Assembly: GCF_001194135.2 (NCBI RefSeq)
Contig: NC_068991.1
Location: 54,528,476-54,592,475, forward strand
DNA: 64,000 nt
DNA from: Octopus bimaculoides
Taxonomy: Eukaryota
Direction: 5' to 3'
The notes beneath the pieces were generated by a model, which saw only the letters and a list, made by a program, of their open reading frames with translations, did not search any database and had not been told where the DNA came from. The position numbers and the translations under genes are program-made. Each line of letters starts with the position of its first letter. Positions within the stretch are counted from its first letter, which is position 1. This document shows positions 12,708 to 24,790 of the stretch, in pieces.

Positions 12708-13165
12708 GAGTGAGAGAGCAGTGCATGCCATCAAAGTGACACTGGGGTAAAATATACGAAGCCCATTATACCCATCATGACTACCCATCTGATAAGGGTA
12801 CGCCAGGCACATGCATCACAACCATATGTGCGCGACATGATCTTATATCAAAATAAACAGCGCATGACCTCGAAGGTGGAGCCCAGTTAGAATTTTCTTC
12901 AGGTCGAGTAGCCGATCCTGCTCAAAAGGTCCGTGAATAAGGTTTGTTTAAGGATGTTGAGCAAAACACCCATGTTTCCAAAGGTGAATTATTCAAACCC
13001 CAAAGAATTCTTCTCAACACATGGCTATGATGCTCTCCCACTACTTCTGCTTCTGATCAAAGATGCACATATCGTCAGCCACCAAGGGACATACTCAACT
13101 GGTTACGGTCAAACAATTGACAAGCAAATCTGTGGTATTGAGCAGAATATTTGCTGTAGCCCATC
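12640..13165 (-). mobile_element. Repeat family with a (TAA)n tail on the minus strand, probably a non-LTR retroelement 3' end; second copy at about 31800-32285
   Basis: Two colinear copies of about 480 bp (GAGCAGTGCATGCCATCAAAGTG...GAATATTTGCTGTAGCCCAT), each abutting TTA repeats. Confidence 0.65.
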
Positions 13166-14343
13166 ATTATTATTATTATTATCATTATTATTATTATTAT
13201 CATTATTATTATTATTACAGGGACAAGCTCATAGAATCATTGGCAAGTTGGGCATAATGCTTAGCAGCATTTCTTGTAAGTTATGTTCTGATTTTGAGTC
13301 TTGCCAAGGCTGACTTTGCCTTTCATCCTTTTAGGGTCAATAAAATAAGTGCCATTTGAGCACTGGAGTGGGGTGAAGTAATCAACTAATTCTGTTGCCT
13401 TAAATTTCTGGCTTTGTGCCAAAATTAGAAAGACTTATTCTTGTTGCTTGGGCAGTGCTCTGGTAGAATTGTTAGTGTCAAAAGGAATGTTTTGAGGTAT
13501 TTCTTCTAATCCTTTATGTTCTGAGTTCAAATTCTGCTGAGGTTACCTTTGCTACACATCTATTTGGGGATTAATAAAATAAGGTAGCAATCAATTTCTG
13601 AGGTCAGTGGGATTCACTGATCCCATCCCACCCAAAACTGTTGGCCTTGTGACTAAATCAGAAACCAGTATTGTTGTTGTTGTTGTTGTTGTCAGGGACC
13701 TGAAGTAGTAGAATATAGAGCAGAGTACTGTACTGAACGATTGTGTATCTCTGTGTGTTATAAGTTCAGATCCTGTCAGAGCTAGTTTTGCTTTATGTTC
13801 CTCTGTGGTTGATAAAATAATCACCAGTCATACACCAAGGTCGATTTCAAACTTCTAGCCTCATCATCATCATAATCATAAACATCATCATTATCATCAC
13901 TGCTGTTATACATATCTACTTTAAATTGAATTTTAATTGAAGTAAATATCAAAATAAACATTTCTGAAAATTAATTTTGAGACAAAAAGAAATACAAATT
14001 GTATTTTTATTTATTTATTAATTTTTTTTTTTATCAAATGAATATTTTTGAAAGATTTCCATTTCAGTGAATAAAAAAGAACAAAGATCCAATATTACAT
14101 ATGACTGTGTCTTATTTTATCAGAAAATAGAATAAATGTGCTTGTGTGACATTTTACAGTGAAAAACATACTTTTGTTATGTGGCTTATTAACCCTTTAA
14201 TTTATCAAGTTGTTGTACCTAATTGATGTCAAAGTGTAAATATGTCCCTGTAGAGCACCTAATGAAGCTATTGTAGCAAACAATACACTGAGTCTCACTT
14301 TCAACACCATCCTAAATTCTGCATAGCAGCAGCAGCAGTAGTG

Positions 14344-14388
<45 letters not shown>

Positions 14389-15032
14389 ACAGTAGTAGGG
14401 GTTGGGGTAGTAGTATTAGTCATAGTAGTGGTATAGACTTAATGTTGGTACAAAATGTAGAGGCCTCTATGTGTTCACTCAGCCTGGTAGAAATAGAAAC
14501 TAAATCTCCTTCAAATCACAACCTGCTGCCTTCAAGCAGAAATGATTTGTTAGTCCATGTAGTGTTCAGTGAATTGATAGAATCATTAGTGCACCAGACA
14601 AAATGTCATGTGGATTCATTACATTCTGATTTCAAATCCCACCAAGGTCAACTTTGCTTTTCATATTTTCGAAGTCAAGTAAACTAAGTGTCGAGCAAGT
14701 ACTGGAGTATCTATAATTGACTATTCTTTCTTCCTTGTAAAAATGTCAGGAAGTTTCATGTCAGAAGATCAAAACAAAAGAAGAAATGGTCAAAGCTGGA
14801 ACAGTTTTGACCATAATTTTTGCTTGATTAAGCTTGACCTGGGATTGATCTGGGTCTAAAAGAAAAACAACAAAGCATAGAAGCAGAAATCCTCAAGAGA
14901 ATGCATGCTTTTTGTATCAGTGTTATGTGTGTGTGTGTGTGTGTGTGTGTGTCATTTGGGAGGAAGTTCTATAATTTCAGTAGATGTATCTGAATTGCAG
15001 CATGTTTCTTTTGTCTGTGGATATTCCGAGAA

Positions 15033-15780
15033 AATGTTGACCATATTCCACATTGGAATTAACTTTTGTGCAATTAAATTTATGCAAATATATAATGTGG
15101 ACCATATTCCACATTGTGATTAAATTTTGTGTAATTAAATTTATGCAAATATATAGNNNNNNNNNNNNNNNNNNNNNNNNNNNNNNNNNNNNNNNNNNNN
15201 NNNNNNNNNNNNNNNNNNNNNNNNNNNNNNNNNNNNNNNNNNNNNNNNNNNNNNNNNNNNNNNNNNNNNNNNNNNNNNNNNNNNNNNNNNNNNNNNNNNN
15301 NNNNNNNNNNNNNNNNNNNNNNNNNNNNNNNNNNNNNNNNNNNNNNNNNNNNNNNNNNNNNNNNNNNNNNNNNNNNNNNNNNNNNNNNNNNNNNNNNNNN
15401 NNNNNNNNNNNNNNNNNNNNNNNNNNNNNNNNNNNNNNNNNNNNNNNNNNNNNNNNNNNNNNNNNNNNNNNNNNNNNNNNNNNNNNNNNNNNNNNNNNNN
15501 NNNNNNNNNNNNNNNNNNATATATAATGTGGACCATATTCCACATTGTGATTAAATTTTGTGCAATTAAATTTATGCAAATATATAATGTGGACCATATT
15601 CCACATTGTGATTAAATTTTGTGCAATTAAATTTATGCAAATATATAATGTGGACCATATTCCACATTGTGATTAAATTTTGTGTAATTAAATTTATGCA
15701 AATATATAGTTTGAACCATATTCTACTTTGTAATTTAACCTATGTGCAATTAAATTTATGCAAATATATAATGTAGACAT
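15033..15780. repeat. 61-bp tandem minisatellite spanning an assembly gap (N 15157-15518)
   Basis: Unit is atataatgtggaccatattccacattgtgattaaattttgtgcaattaaatttatgcaaat; period measured from 15521 to 15582. Confidence 0.93.
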
Positions 15781-16161
15781 ATTTTCATACATGCATCTTC
15801 ACTGACATGTACATATTGAATGACATTAGAAGTTTATTAATTAAAATCTTGGGAAAGCCATTAATAGAAAACATATTTCTGTTTGAAATTCAGTTTTTGC
15901 GGAATTTCCTGGTATTTCATCTTCTTCAAACTTTCTAGATTCCCATCCTTGAGACTTAATGTTTGATTTTTATTGTAATGTTTATCAACAACAAAGTTTA
16001 TAGCATTGTTGATAACTGGAATTATTTTTTCAAGGATATTCCTAGAGCTTTAGTGTGTATTGTCATTTTGTCCATTTTTTGAATTAAAATATTTGGTTTA
16101 ATTACTTAACATGTGTTGTACATACATACATACATACATACATACATACATACATACATAC

Positions 16162-16550
16162 ATACATACATGTTGGCACTCCATCGCTTACGAGGTTGAG
16201 GGTTCCAGTTGATCCGATCAACTGAACAGCCTGCTCGTGAAATTAACGTGCAAGTGGCCGAGCACTCCACAGACACGTGTACCTTAACGTAGTTCTCGGG
16301 GATATTCAGCGTGACACAGTGTGACAAGGCTGACCTTTTGAATTACAGGCACAACAGAAACAGGAAGTAAGAGTGAGAGAAAGTTGTGGTGAAAGAGTAC
16401 AGCAGGGTTCGCCACCATCCCCTGCCGGAGCCTCGTGGCGCTTTAGGTGTTTTCGCTCAATAAACACTCACAACATCCGGTCTGGGAATCGAAACCGCGA
16501 TCCTATGACCACGAGTTCGCTGCCCTAACCACTGGACCATTGCGCCTCCA
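16162..16550 (-). mobile_element. tRNA-derived SINE family C, well-preserved copy with (TATG)n tail
   Basis: Minus strand begins GGAGGCGCAATGGTCCAGTGGTTAGGGCAGCGAACTCGTGGTCATAGGATCGCGGTTTCGATTCCC (A and B boxes) and retains CpGs. Related copies at about 12353-12620+, 25575-26000-, 28752-29085+, 29785-30052-, 36585-36875+. Confidence 0.88.
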
Positions 16551-17654
16551 CACATACATACATATGTATGTATGTATGAGAGAATGCAAATCCTTAGTTC
16601 CTATACTATAAATGATCACAATATTTGGGATTATAAAAACCTGCAAGACCTTATTCAAATTTAAAGGATGATGATTAAAACAAAACACTTTATTTCACAA
16701 TCTTGCTACCAAGTTAGTAGCTGGTCGAAATTTATTCTAAATCAAAAAGAGAAAGAGAGCATACATACATACATACATACATACATACATACATACATAC
16801 ATGCAATTATACATACATACATACATATGTGCATACATGCACGCATGCACACACACATATACACACACGTGCATACATATTTTAAGGTTTGGCATCAGTA
16901 CAAAATAAAGTTGATTTAACAGAAATTTTTCAGTTAAATATAACAATAATTTAATATTCCGGTTCTGTTAAATATTCAATGATAGGCTTCTAGATATTTT
17001 ACTGATAACAACATCGTCATCATCATCATCATCATCATCATCAATGTTGTTTCGTGATCTTTATCATTATGATTTCTACCATTAATTTCTACCATTAATT
17101 CTACCATTTCTACCATTTCTACCATTTCTACCATTAATTCTACATCAACACAGCAATAATCCTCATAATTTTTGGAGCAAGGAGAGAGCCTCAACACGGT
17201 AGCATAACTTCCAAAATGCAGCTCCCATACCTCTCTGAATCACACTTTGTCACTAAAAAGTAAACAGAAAGAACACAATTGATAATATAGTCATGGATGT
17301 GGTAGAAGATTGGATGATCAAGGATGGAATGTCTTTGCTTATAAGTTTGCTCAATCATGACTGACCTAAACAATAACAACATCTTTACATATCTTTCACA
17401 TGTATTGAGCATAATGCCTGTACACTTTTCAGGTGACAGCAGTAATATATTTCAAATATTTAAGCACACAAAATCATATTCATATAGGACACAACACATG
17501 CTAATTTTAATTATCAATAACACATTGCTAAGAATAATTCAGCAATGCTATGTAACTATTAGAAATCATGGAACGGCTTATAGATATACATACATACATG
17601 GATACATACATGCACATGTACATATATAAATACATACGTATGTACATACATACA

Positions 17655-18715
17655 TGGATATGTAAGTAGAAAGCTCCAAGATGACAGTAACATTGATCAT
17701 CAAAGCAGTTTATCAAGGACCAATAACCAGATTACTACCTCCCACTTTGAAGGGTATGCGTTTACAATCCATGAACAGGAAATATCAATGAAGCACTTGA
17801 TGCACAAAAGGAATAGAGATGCAAGAAAGCAGTAAAACGTGACAACCGATGCAGACTTTGTGGAGTTAACACCGAAAATATCACCCACATTATAAGCAGT
17901 TGTCTGAAAATGTCATCATGGTATTATCTACTGATGAGACATGATGTAGCTAGGACACTCAATAATGGAATCTGTTGAAAGGATAACTCTGAGGACAAAG
18001 AAATGAGAACCCACAGTATGGTAGAAGCCATAGCCACTCATAATAAAAAGGAGTACTGGTGGAATGTCCCAATGAAGACCTCAATAAAATGTAAGCACAA
18101 CAGATCTGACATAATGGTTTGGGATAGAGAATAGAAACTGTGCACAATGTGGAAATTAGCTGCCCAGCGGATGTTAAAATAAAGCTGAAGATCAGTGAAA
18201 AAGAGAACAGCTATGCGGAACTATTGAGGAATTTGCAGTTACTCTATCCAGATTACAAGTTCAGGTTTATACCTGTAATTATTGGGGCCCTGGGATATGT
18301 AATACACTGCCTAAATACCAATCTTGAGAAATTAAGCTTCTCAAAACCAGAAAGAAGAAAACTAATTCGAAGACTACATATCCAATCCATCACTAGAACT
18401 GTAAAAATCTGTAAAACTTTCCAGAAGTTTATCATTTAGATATATACAAGCATGTCTAGATATGCAACTATATGCATGAGAATACATACATAGAGCAAAA
18501 CATACAAATCTGCACATATACATACATACATACATACATACATACATACATACATACATACATACATACATACATACATACAAACAAACAAACAAACAAA
18601 CAAAAATACCCTGCTGTTGATGTTAAAATTCCAATGAAGGAGCCCTGATTCTAGGTTAGAAACCGGCTCTTTCTCTGTTGGCAAGAAATCTTGAAATAAA
18701 CTGAATAATGACATA
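17655..18715 (+). mobile_element. 5'-truncated non-LTR retrotransposon with restriction-like endonuclease (R4/Dong-like), pseudogenised
   Basis: TSHFEGYAFTIHEQEI; zinc knuckle CRLCGVNTENITHIISSC; HNRSDIMVWDRE; IPVIIGALG. Contains frameshifts and stops and is flanked by CATA repeats. Confidence 0.85.
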
Positions 18716-19492
18716 CATACATAATACAAATAATATGTGAGTATATGCATATATACGTACATGTATGTACATACCTACATCTACATGTATATAGATGCAT
18801 ATTTGGGTACAGGACATCATAAAAAAACGTGGACAAAATGAAAAACAGAACATAAACAGAGCACAGAAAACAAACAAGCCACATAGAGAATATTTCCTTC
18901 ATCAGCTGTCCTTATTCTAAACTAAGCGTTTCAAACATACATACACACATACATACAAGCAAACAAACAAACAAAGTAGATTTTATGATATATATTTTAT
19001 TCGAGTATTTCATTTTTGTACTTGGTTTGCAAGATTCTTGATGTAAATATATATGTTAAAACATATTTTATTGTATTTCACATAGGCATAATGATCTTTT
19101 CATTATTCAAATTCATTTAGTCACAAAATATACAAATGCTTTTAAAGATGTAAGAGAAAACTATAGGACAATTTATCTAACATGATAAATAAATATGAGT
19201 TTTAAGGTTGTTTATTTGAACACTCAAACCTTGAAATGAATACTTATCTCTTCTAATTACCATCATTAAAAGAAATATATTCAAATTAAGTAAAACTAAT
19301 TTAAAAAGCAAACATAATTCAATTTTCAAAGAAAGTTTTCATCAAATTGATTTTTTCTTTTCAGTTTTTTTTCAACCTAAACTCTATGAAAATCTTGCAT
19401 GTTTAATTGAATTCTCTTTCACTTGCACTTTCAAACTATGACTATTTTGGTTTATTGGATATTAATTTTTCAATAACAAAGCATCACTGTTT

Positions 19493-19494
<2 letters not shown>

Positions 19495-19523
<29 letters not shown>

Positions 19524-19525
19524 CA

Positions 19526-19568
<43 letters not shown>

Positions 19569-19576
19569 CATTATTA

Positions 19577-19607
<31 letters not shown>

Positions 19608-19634
19608 CATTATTATCATTATTATTATTATTAC

Positions 19635-19680
<46 letters not shown>

Positions 19681-19681
19681 T
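19495..19681. repeat. (TTA)n microsatellite, imperfect, about 60 units
   Basis: Read directly from the sequence. Confidence 0.97.
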
Positions 19682-19730
19682 GCATTTTGCTTGTCTTTCT
19701 TTTTTTTTACATCTCTTTCTCCATCTCTAG

Positions 19731-19787
19731 CTGATGATTTCTTCCCACGACATATAAATGGTGGCCCTGAGTTAACATTAAGGAAAT
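19731..19787 (+). CDS. RyR: Candidate RyR cassette exon, 57 nt, phase 1-1: (T)DDFFPRHINGGPELTLRK
   Basis: Very strong polypyrimidine tract (ttgtctttctttttttttacatctctttctccatctctAG), GTGAGT donor, open frame and symmetric phase matching its neighbours. Confidence 0.7.
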
Positions 19788-19917
19788 GTGAGTCCTTGGT
19801 TTAGAAAATAAAAACAATAGCAATATGTAGAACCTTTATCATTGTAACCCTGGTCACGTGTGTGATCTTTTGGTTAGTTATGTGCTATGTATTATTATCA
19901 TTATTATTATTGTTACA

Positions 19918-19958
<41 letters not shown>

Positions 19959-20938
19959 ATGTTGTTTAATTATTTGTAACCCTGTACATATGTGTAGAAT
20001 ATAGTCAAACACAATTGTGATTTTTTTTTTCTGGCAAGCATGAAGATGATGTTAATTCCATAACTTTAATTTATAGAATTTTCTTTTTAAAAATTCAATT
20101 TTACATTTCTGCAAATAAATTCTCTAATTGGTATTCAATGTGTATTTTATGTTTATTGAGTGGCTGTTTAGTTCAGTGGTTCTCAGCCCACTAAATACTA
20201 GTTACCCCCAACCCCACAAAAAAAAATATTAGGGAATGTGTTTTTTTATATCTCTACTCCCTATCATTATTAAAGAGAGAGTTCATATTCTGCCAAGGTC
20301 GACTTTGCTTTCATCCTTTTGGGGCTGATAAATTAAGTACCAGTTGCATACTGGGATCGATCTAATCAACTGGCCCCTTCCCCAAAATTTTGGGCCTTGT
20401 GCCTAGAGTAGAAAAGATTAATAAAGAGAGGCCAAAACAGATTTTGCCTCTATATAATTCTGCTTACTTTGCTATGATATCAGATAAGTTTTAAAAACTA
20501 CCTCAAATATTTTAGGCATCACGATTTGTCCACCCTAATTTCAATCTTCACTGACACCCCACCCCTTGGCAGGATTCTAGGAAATGTTGGCTAAGCTGAC
20601 ATTGTTTAATTTTATTGAGACATTCATTATAATAGCTATGCAGAATTTTATAAGTTATCAGATGTTAAGAGAAAACAAAGTAAATATCAAAATTATTTTA
20701 TATAAAAATAATAACTACAGTCATTTTTGTTTTCAAAAGTAACACTTCTCTTATTTAAATAGGTTTCTGAATGAAAGAAAAATATATTTTCGAAGTACAA
20801 TTTAAGCTTGAATTGTAATCCTTTTGCAAAGTCACTATACATACCTCTCTTGATAAAGTGCACACTCACACACACTTGGTAAAGGTGCACACACAGACAC
20901 ACACATGTACACATACACATTTGTATGTTCGTATGTGC

Positions 20939-20975
<37 letters not shown>

Positions 20976-21740
20976 TCTATTTTGAATGAGCTTGCCTTTG
21001 GTTAGAATTATATGTAAATTTTTTGTACATCTAGTTTCCATTCAGCTATTGAATATAATTTGTCCTCAGATTGATATTAAGTACAGTTGAGTAGGTTACA
21101 GAGTATATATATCCAAGATCAAAATAAAACTGGAGATACAGTTGCAAATTTGTTTTTATTGTAACATCATAAATTAGACAATATTTACATACGTTTCACT
21201 AGCATATATTAGTCTGCTAAGCAGTAATTGTTATAAAGATGGTCATATAATCACCCTTTGATATCATCAGGAGAAAACAGTAACTTACTCCATTGTTGCA
21301 TTGTTGGTTACCAGCATCTGTTGGTAGGCAGATACAAGCTGAGAATCTGCCTACCAACTAATGTCATTTTAATTGTTATGCTTTTTTTAAAATCCTATGA
21401 AAATTAGAATCTCTTATGGATAGCTTTCTTTCCTCAGCATACTTTCAACAAACCATTTTAAAGGCCTTTCTGACTTAAAGTCTTAAGCAGAAGTTTTATT
21501 TGTTTTTTTATAACACCTAAGGTTAGTTTAAAGAAATTTAAGGCTGATTTGGGGTCGACAAAAGATAAATTCCTTTCTAAATATCTATTTGTAATGTTAA
21601 CCAATTCTTTACCATTTCTTAGTGCTGTATATTTTGTGACTGCTCATCAATTCTCATTATCGTCATTGTTCCATTTAGTTTCTGAAGTCATCATTGCCTT
21701 GATTATTGTTTGGTTATGTCATTGTTTGCTTCTGTTTCAG

Positions 21741-21761
21741 CAATGCATGAGATTTTTTGTT
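21741..21761 (+). CDS. Possible 21-nt RyR microexon, phase 1-1: xMHEIFC
   Basis: tttgcttctgtttcAG acceptor and GTATGA donor, frame-preserving. It is short enough to arise by chance. Confidence 0.3.
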
Positions 21762-22237
21762 GTATGATTCTAACCCAATTCTCCATTGCATATTATTGTT
21801 AATTTCTCTGTATTTTTTAATGTCACATTGATAACAAATTACAGCAATAAGAACTAAATACTAATCAAGTGCTCTAAAATATTGAACTGAATCAATTTCA
21901 CTTGACCAATTTTCTTAAATGTGTTACTATTTTCTTTGAATGTAGGATGTTAAAGCATAAGATAAATGTAATTTTACTTTGAGCTTAAAAACAAACTCAT
22001 TTCAAAAATAATCTTTTAAGTTTCTGAAAAGACTGTTAAGATAAGCAATTATCAAATTGGAAAATGGACAACATTTGTTAAAAAACAAATTAATAACTAA
22101 TAATAATAATCCTTTCTTTAATAGGCACAAGGCTTGAAGTTTGAGGGAGGGGATTAGTCAATTATATTGACCCCAGCACTTGACTGGTACTTATTTTACC
22201 AACCCCAAAAGGATGAAAGGCAAAGTTGACCTTGGAC

Positions 22238-22277
<40 letters not shown>

Positions 22278-22334
22278 GATTTCAAATTTTGGCACAAAGC
22301 CAGCAATTTCAGGGGTGGTGGTAAGTCATTTACA

Positions 22335-23065
22335 TTGCCTCCAGAAAGTGATAAGTGCAGAATCTGTGGACAAAATGGTGAAACCATATGGCATATTACC
22401 AGCCAATGTATGCCACTAGCCCAGAAGGAATATAAGAGACACCACGACAATATAGCNNNNNNNNNNCAGAAGGAATATAAGAGACACCACGACAATATAG
22501 CCAGGCTTGTCCATTGGACACTTTGCAACAAGTATGGACTTGACAGAGCAAAAAATTGGTACGACCACAAACTTGAAGGCATTGTTGAAAACAGAAATGC
22601 AAAGATCCTTTGGGATTTTATGATTCAGTGCGACCATGAGATTGAGAATAGGAAACCGGACATAGTCTTAATTGAGAAAGAAAACAAACTATGCTGGATC
22701 ATAGACATAGCATGCCCAGCTGACAACAAGGTATGCGATAAGGAAGAAAGAAAAGTTGAGAGATATAACAGGTTAGCTTGGGAAATTAAGCAGTTGTGGT
22801 CGATGAGAAAGGTAGCAGTAGTACCAATAATTGTCAGAGCCCTGGGAACAGCGAGCAAAAATCTCGAGAAGTACATGGAACAAATAGGGGGTGCAATAAG
22901 GGTGGAGCATTTGCAGAAAACAGCACTGCTTGGAACCGCTCGAATACTCCAGAAGGTGCTCGAAAAATAGGAGGTGTTACCTTAGTTCACTGGTAGTGAA
23001 CAGCTGACATTGTACTACATCCCCCAGCGTTAGAAGCTGTGCAAAGACAATTAATAATAGTAATA
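22335..23065 (+). mobile_element. 5'-truncated R4/Dong-like non-LTR retrotransposon (zinc knuckle plus restriction-like endonuclease) ending in TAA repeats
   Basis: CRICGQNGETIWHITSQC; ILWDFMIQCDHEIENRKPDIVLIEK; IIDIACP; VVPIIVRALG; LQKTALLGTARIL. Stop at 22970, then a 3' UTR and a taataatagtaataataat tail. Confidence 0.9.
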
Positions 23066-23112
23066 ATAATTAACATCTCTGGTTGAAACTTGGATACAGT
23101 TTGCAAAGGCAA

Positions 23113-23117
23113 AAGAA

Positions 23118-23152
<35 letters not shown>

Positions 23153-23243
23153 AGAAGAAGAAGAAGAAGAAGAAGAAGAAGAAGAAGAAGAAGAAGAAGA
23201 AGAAGAAGAAGAAGAAGAAGAAGAAGAAGAAGAAGAAGAAGAA
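23113..23243. repeat. (AGA)n microsatellite
   Basis: Read directly from the sequence. Confidence 0.97.
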
Positions 23244-23890
23244 ATGAGGATAATGACAAAAATACAATAGAAAAAGTATCATATTTGCCTGTGTAAAAGT
23301 TTTCCTAGTTTATACTTGATTTTTACTAAAGAAAAGTGGGCTGCATCTTATACATAGGGTCAAAGCTAAAACCGTTTTGAAAACAAAGGGGAAAAAATTT
23401 TCGTATCAAGCTTTAATAACTAAATTAGGAGTGCAACTTATACACAAGTAAATATGGTAACTCAAAGCAAAAATAATCTGAGGTGGATTAAAATTAATTG
23501 CAGCAACAAAGAAAAAGAAATAATCAAGACTGATAGGTGTTGAAGCATTGGACTGTTGACCACTTGATTGTAATTAGAACGTTGGTATAGTCTCAGTGTT
23601 GTTGTTGTTGTTGTTATAGATGGTGTTGATGTTGTTGATGGTGTTGATGTTGCTGCTTAGACTTAGTGTAACCCTGATTAAACAAACATGATCAAAAACA
23701 TTCCAACAGTGACCATCACATCTTTTATTCAGGACCATGCTAGTCAATGTGTCCTTTTCTTTTTAAGACAGTAGGGAATGATTTAAGAGATATTTAGCTT
23801 CTATTACCGACAAATCAAGCAACTGCATGGAGGCTCACTCTCTTGTTGAGCTATGTTCCTCAGCTCTGATTGACAGAAGTTCATCATATG

Positions 23891-23928
<38 letters not shown>

Positions 23929-24374
23929 CACGCACACACATTTATGTTTGTATGTGTGTATGTATATGTGTGTGTTTGTGTCTTCTTGTCTTGACATTGT
24001 GCAATAGTTGTAAATGAATGTCACTGTCATACAAGCAGTGTCTTCATGCCTAATCTTCTGTGGAAACATGTTTAGTCATGAGGAAATGATATCTTGCTTG
24101 GAAAGAGGTGAGAGCTGGCAACAGGAAGGGAATTCACCTGTAGCAGATCTGCCTTACAAATTCTGTCTGACCTATGCAGGCCTGGAAAGGTAAATGTTAA
24201 AGTTATGATGTACTCTATAAAGTCTCAAAGAAAATTCCCTTTCAACAGCCACTGTAATAAAATTATACTAATGACTAGGTTGTAGATGTATCATAATACT
24301 TAACTCTTTAACTAGTTTCAGTTTGAGAGTTGTGGCCATGTTGGGGCACCACTGTTAGCTTTGCTATACCTTCA

Positions 24375-24790
24375 CTACTTGAAACCTCCTCTGATATGTG
24401 GCATTTGGTGAATGAGGGAGTTTGATGCTGTTGCCCTCATCTGTTTTTCCTGCTGTGCGGTAGGCTCATCTGGAACCCTTGACAGGAAGAGATCCAGTTT
24501 TGTTTTGAAGACACCTACATCTATGCCATGCAGGTCTTTCAGGATTTTTGAGGGGATATTGAAGAGCTGTGGGTCCTTGAAACCCAAGCTGTTGCGGTAT
24601 CTGGTCCTGTATTCTGATGGCAATGTTGGGATTTTTGACACTATGCAGTGATACCCCTTTTTGGTGTTTGTGCAACTTTCAATGCTGAAGTTTGTTGCCA
24701 TTTTATAGCAATGGTTCTCAGACCTTTGGAATTTAAAGTCCCTTTTCTCTAAATGGCTTTTTACAAACACACACCCTACTTGTAAATGTT
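24375..24790 (-). mobile_element. LINE (CR1/L2 group) ORF2 C-terminal fragment
   Basis: RNSLGFKDPQLFNIP...VFKTKLDLFLSRVPDEP...RATASNSLIHQ resembles the C-termini of CR1/L2/Crack-type reverse transcriptase proteins. Confidence 0.75.

Noticed and set aside
15033-15780. CRISPR-like appearance of the 61-bp and 26-bp (33173-33530) arrays
   Set aside because: They are head-to-tail tandem units with no unique spacers, in a eukaryotic intron with no cas genes.
18625-18680. CCAATGAAGG...GAAACCGGCTC hammerhead-like string in the LINE 3' region
   Set aside because: Two core mismatches, no GTH triplet and no stem I.
18890-18935. Minus-strand GAAAC...CTGATGA in permuted (type II) order
   Set aside because: Stems I and III do not pair convincingly.
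22423-22502. 35-bp tandem duplication around the 10-N gap in the Dong-like ORF
   Set aside because: Identical sequence on both sides of a small gap is a typical unmerged contig overlap.
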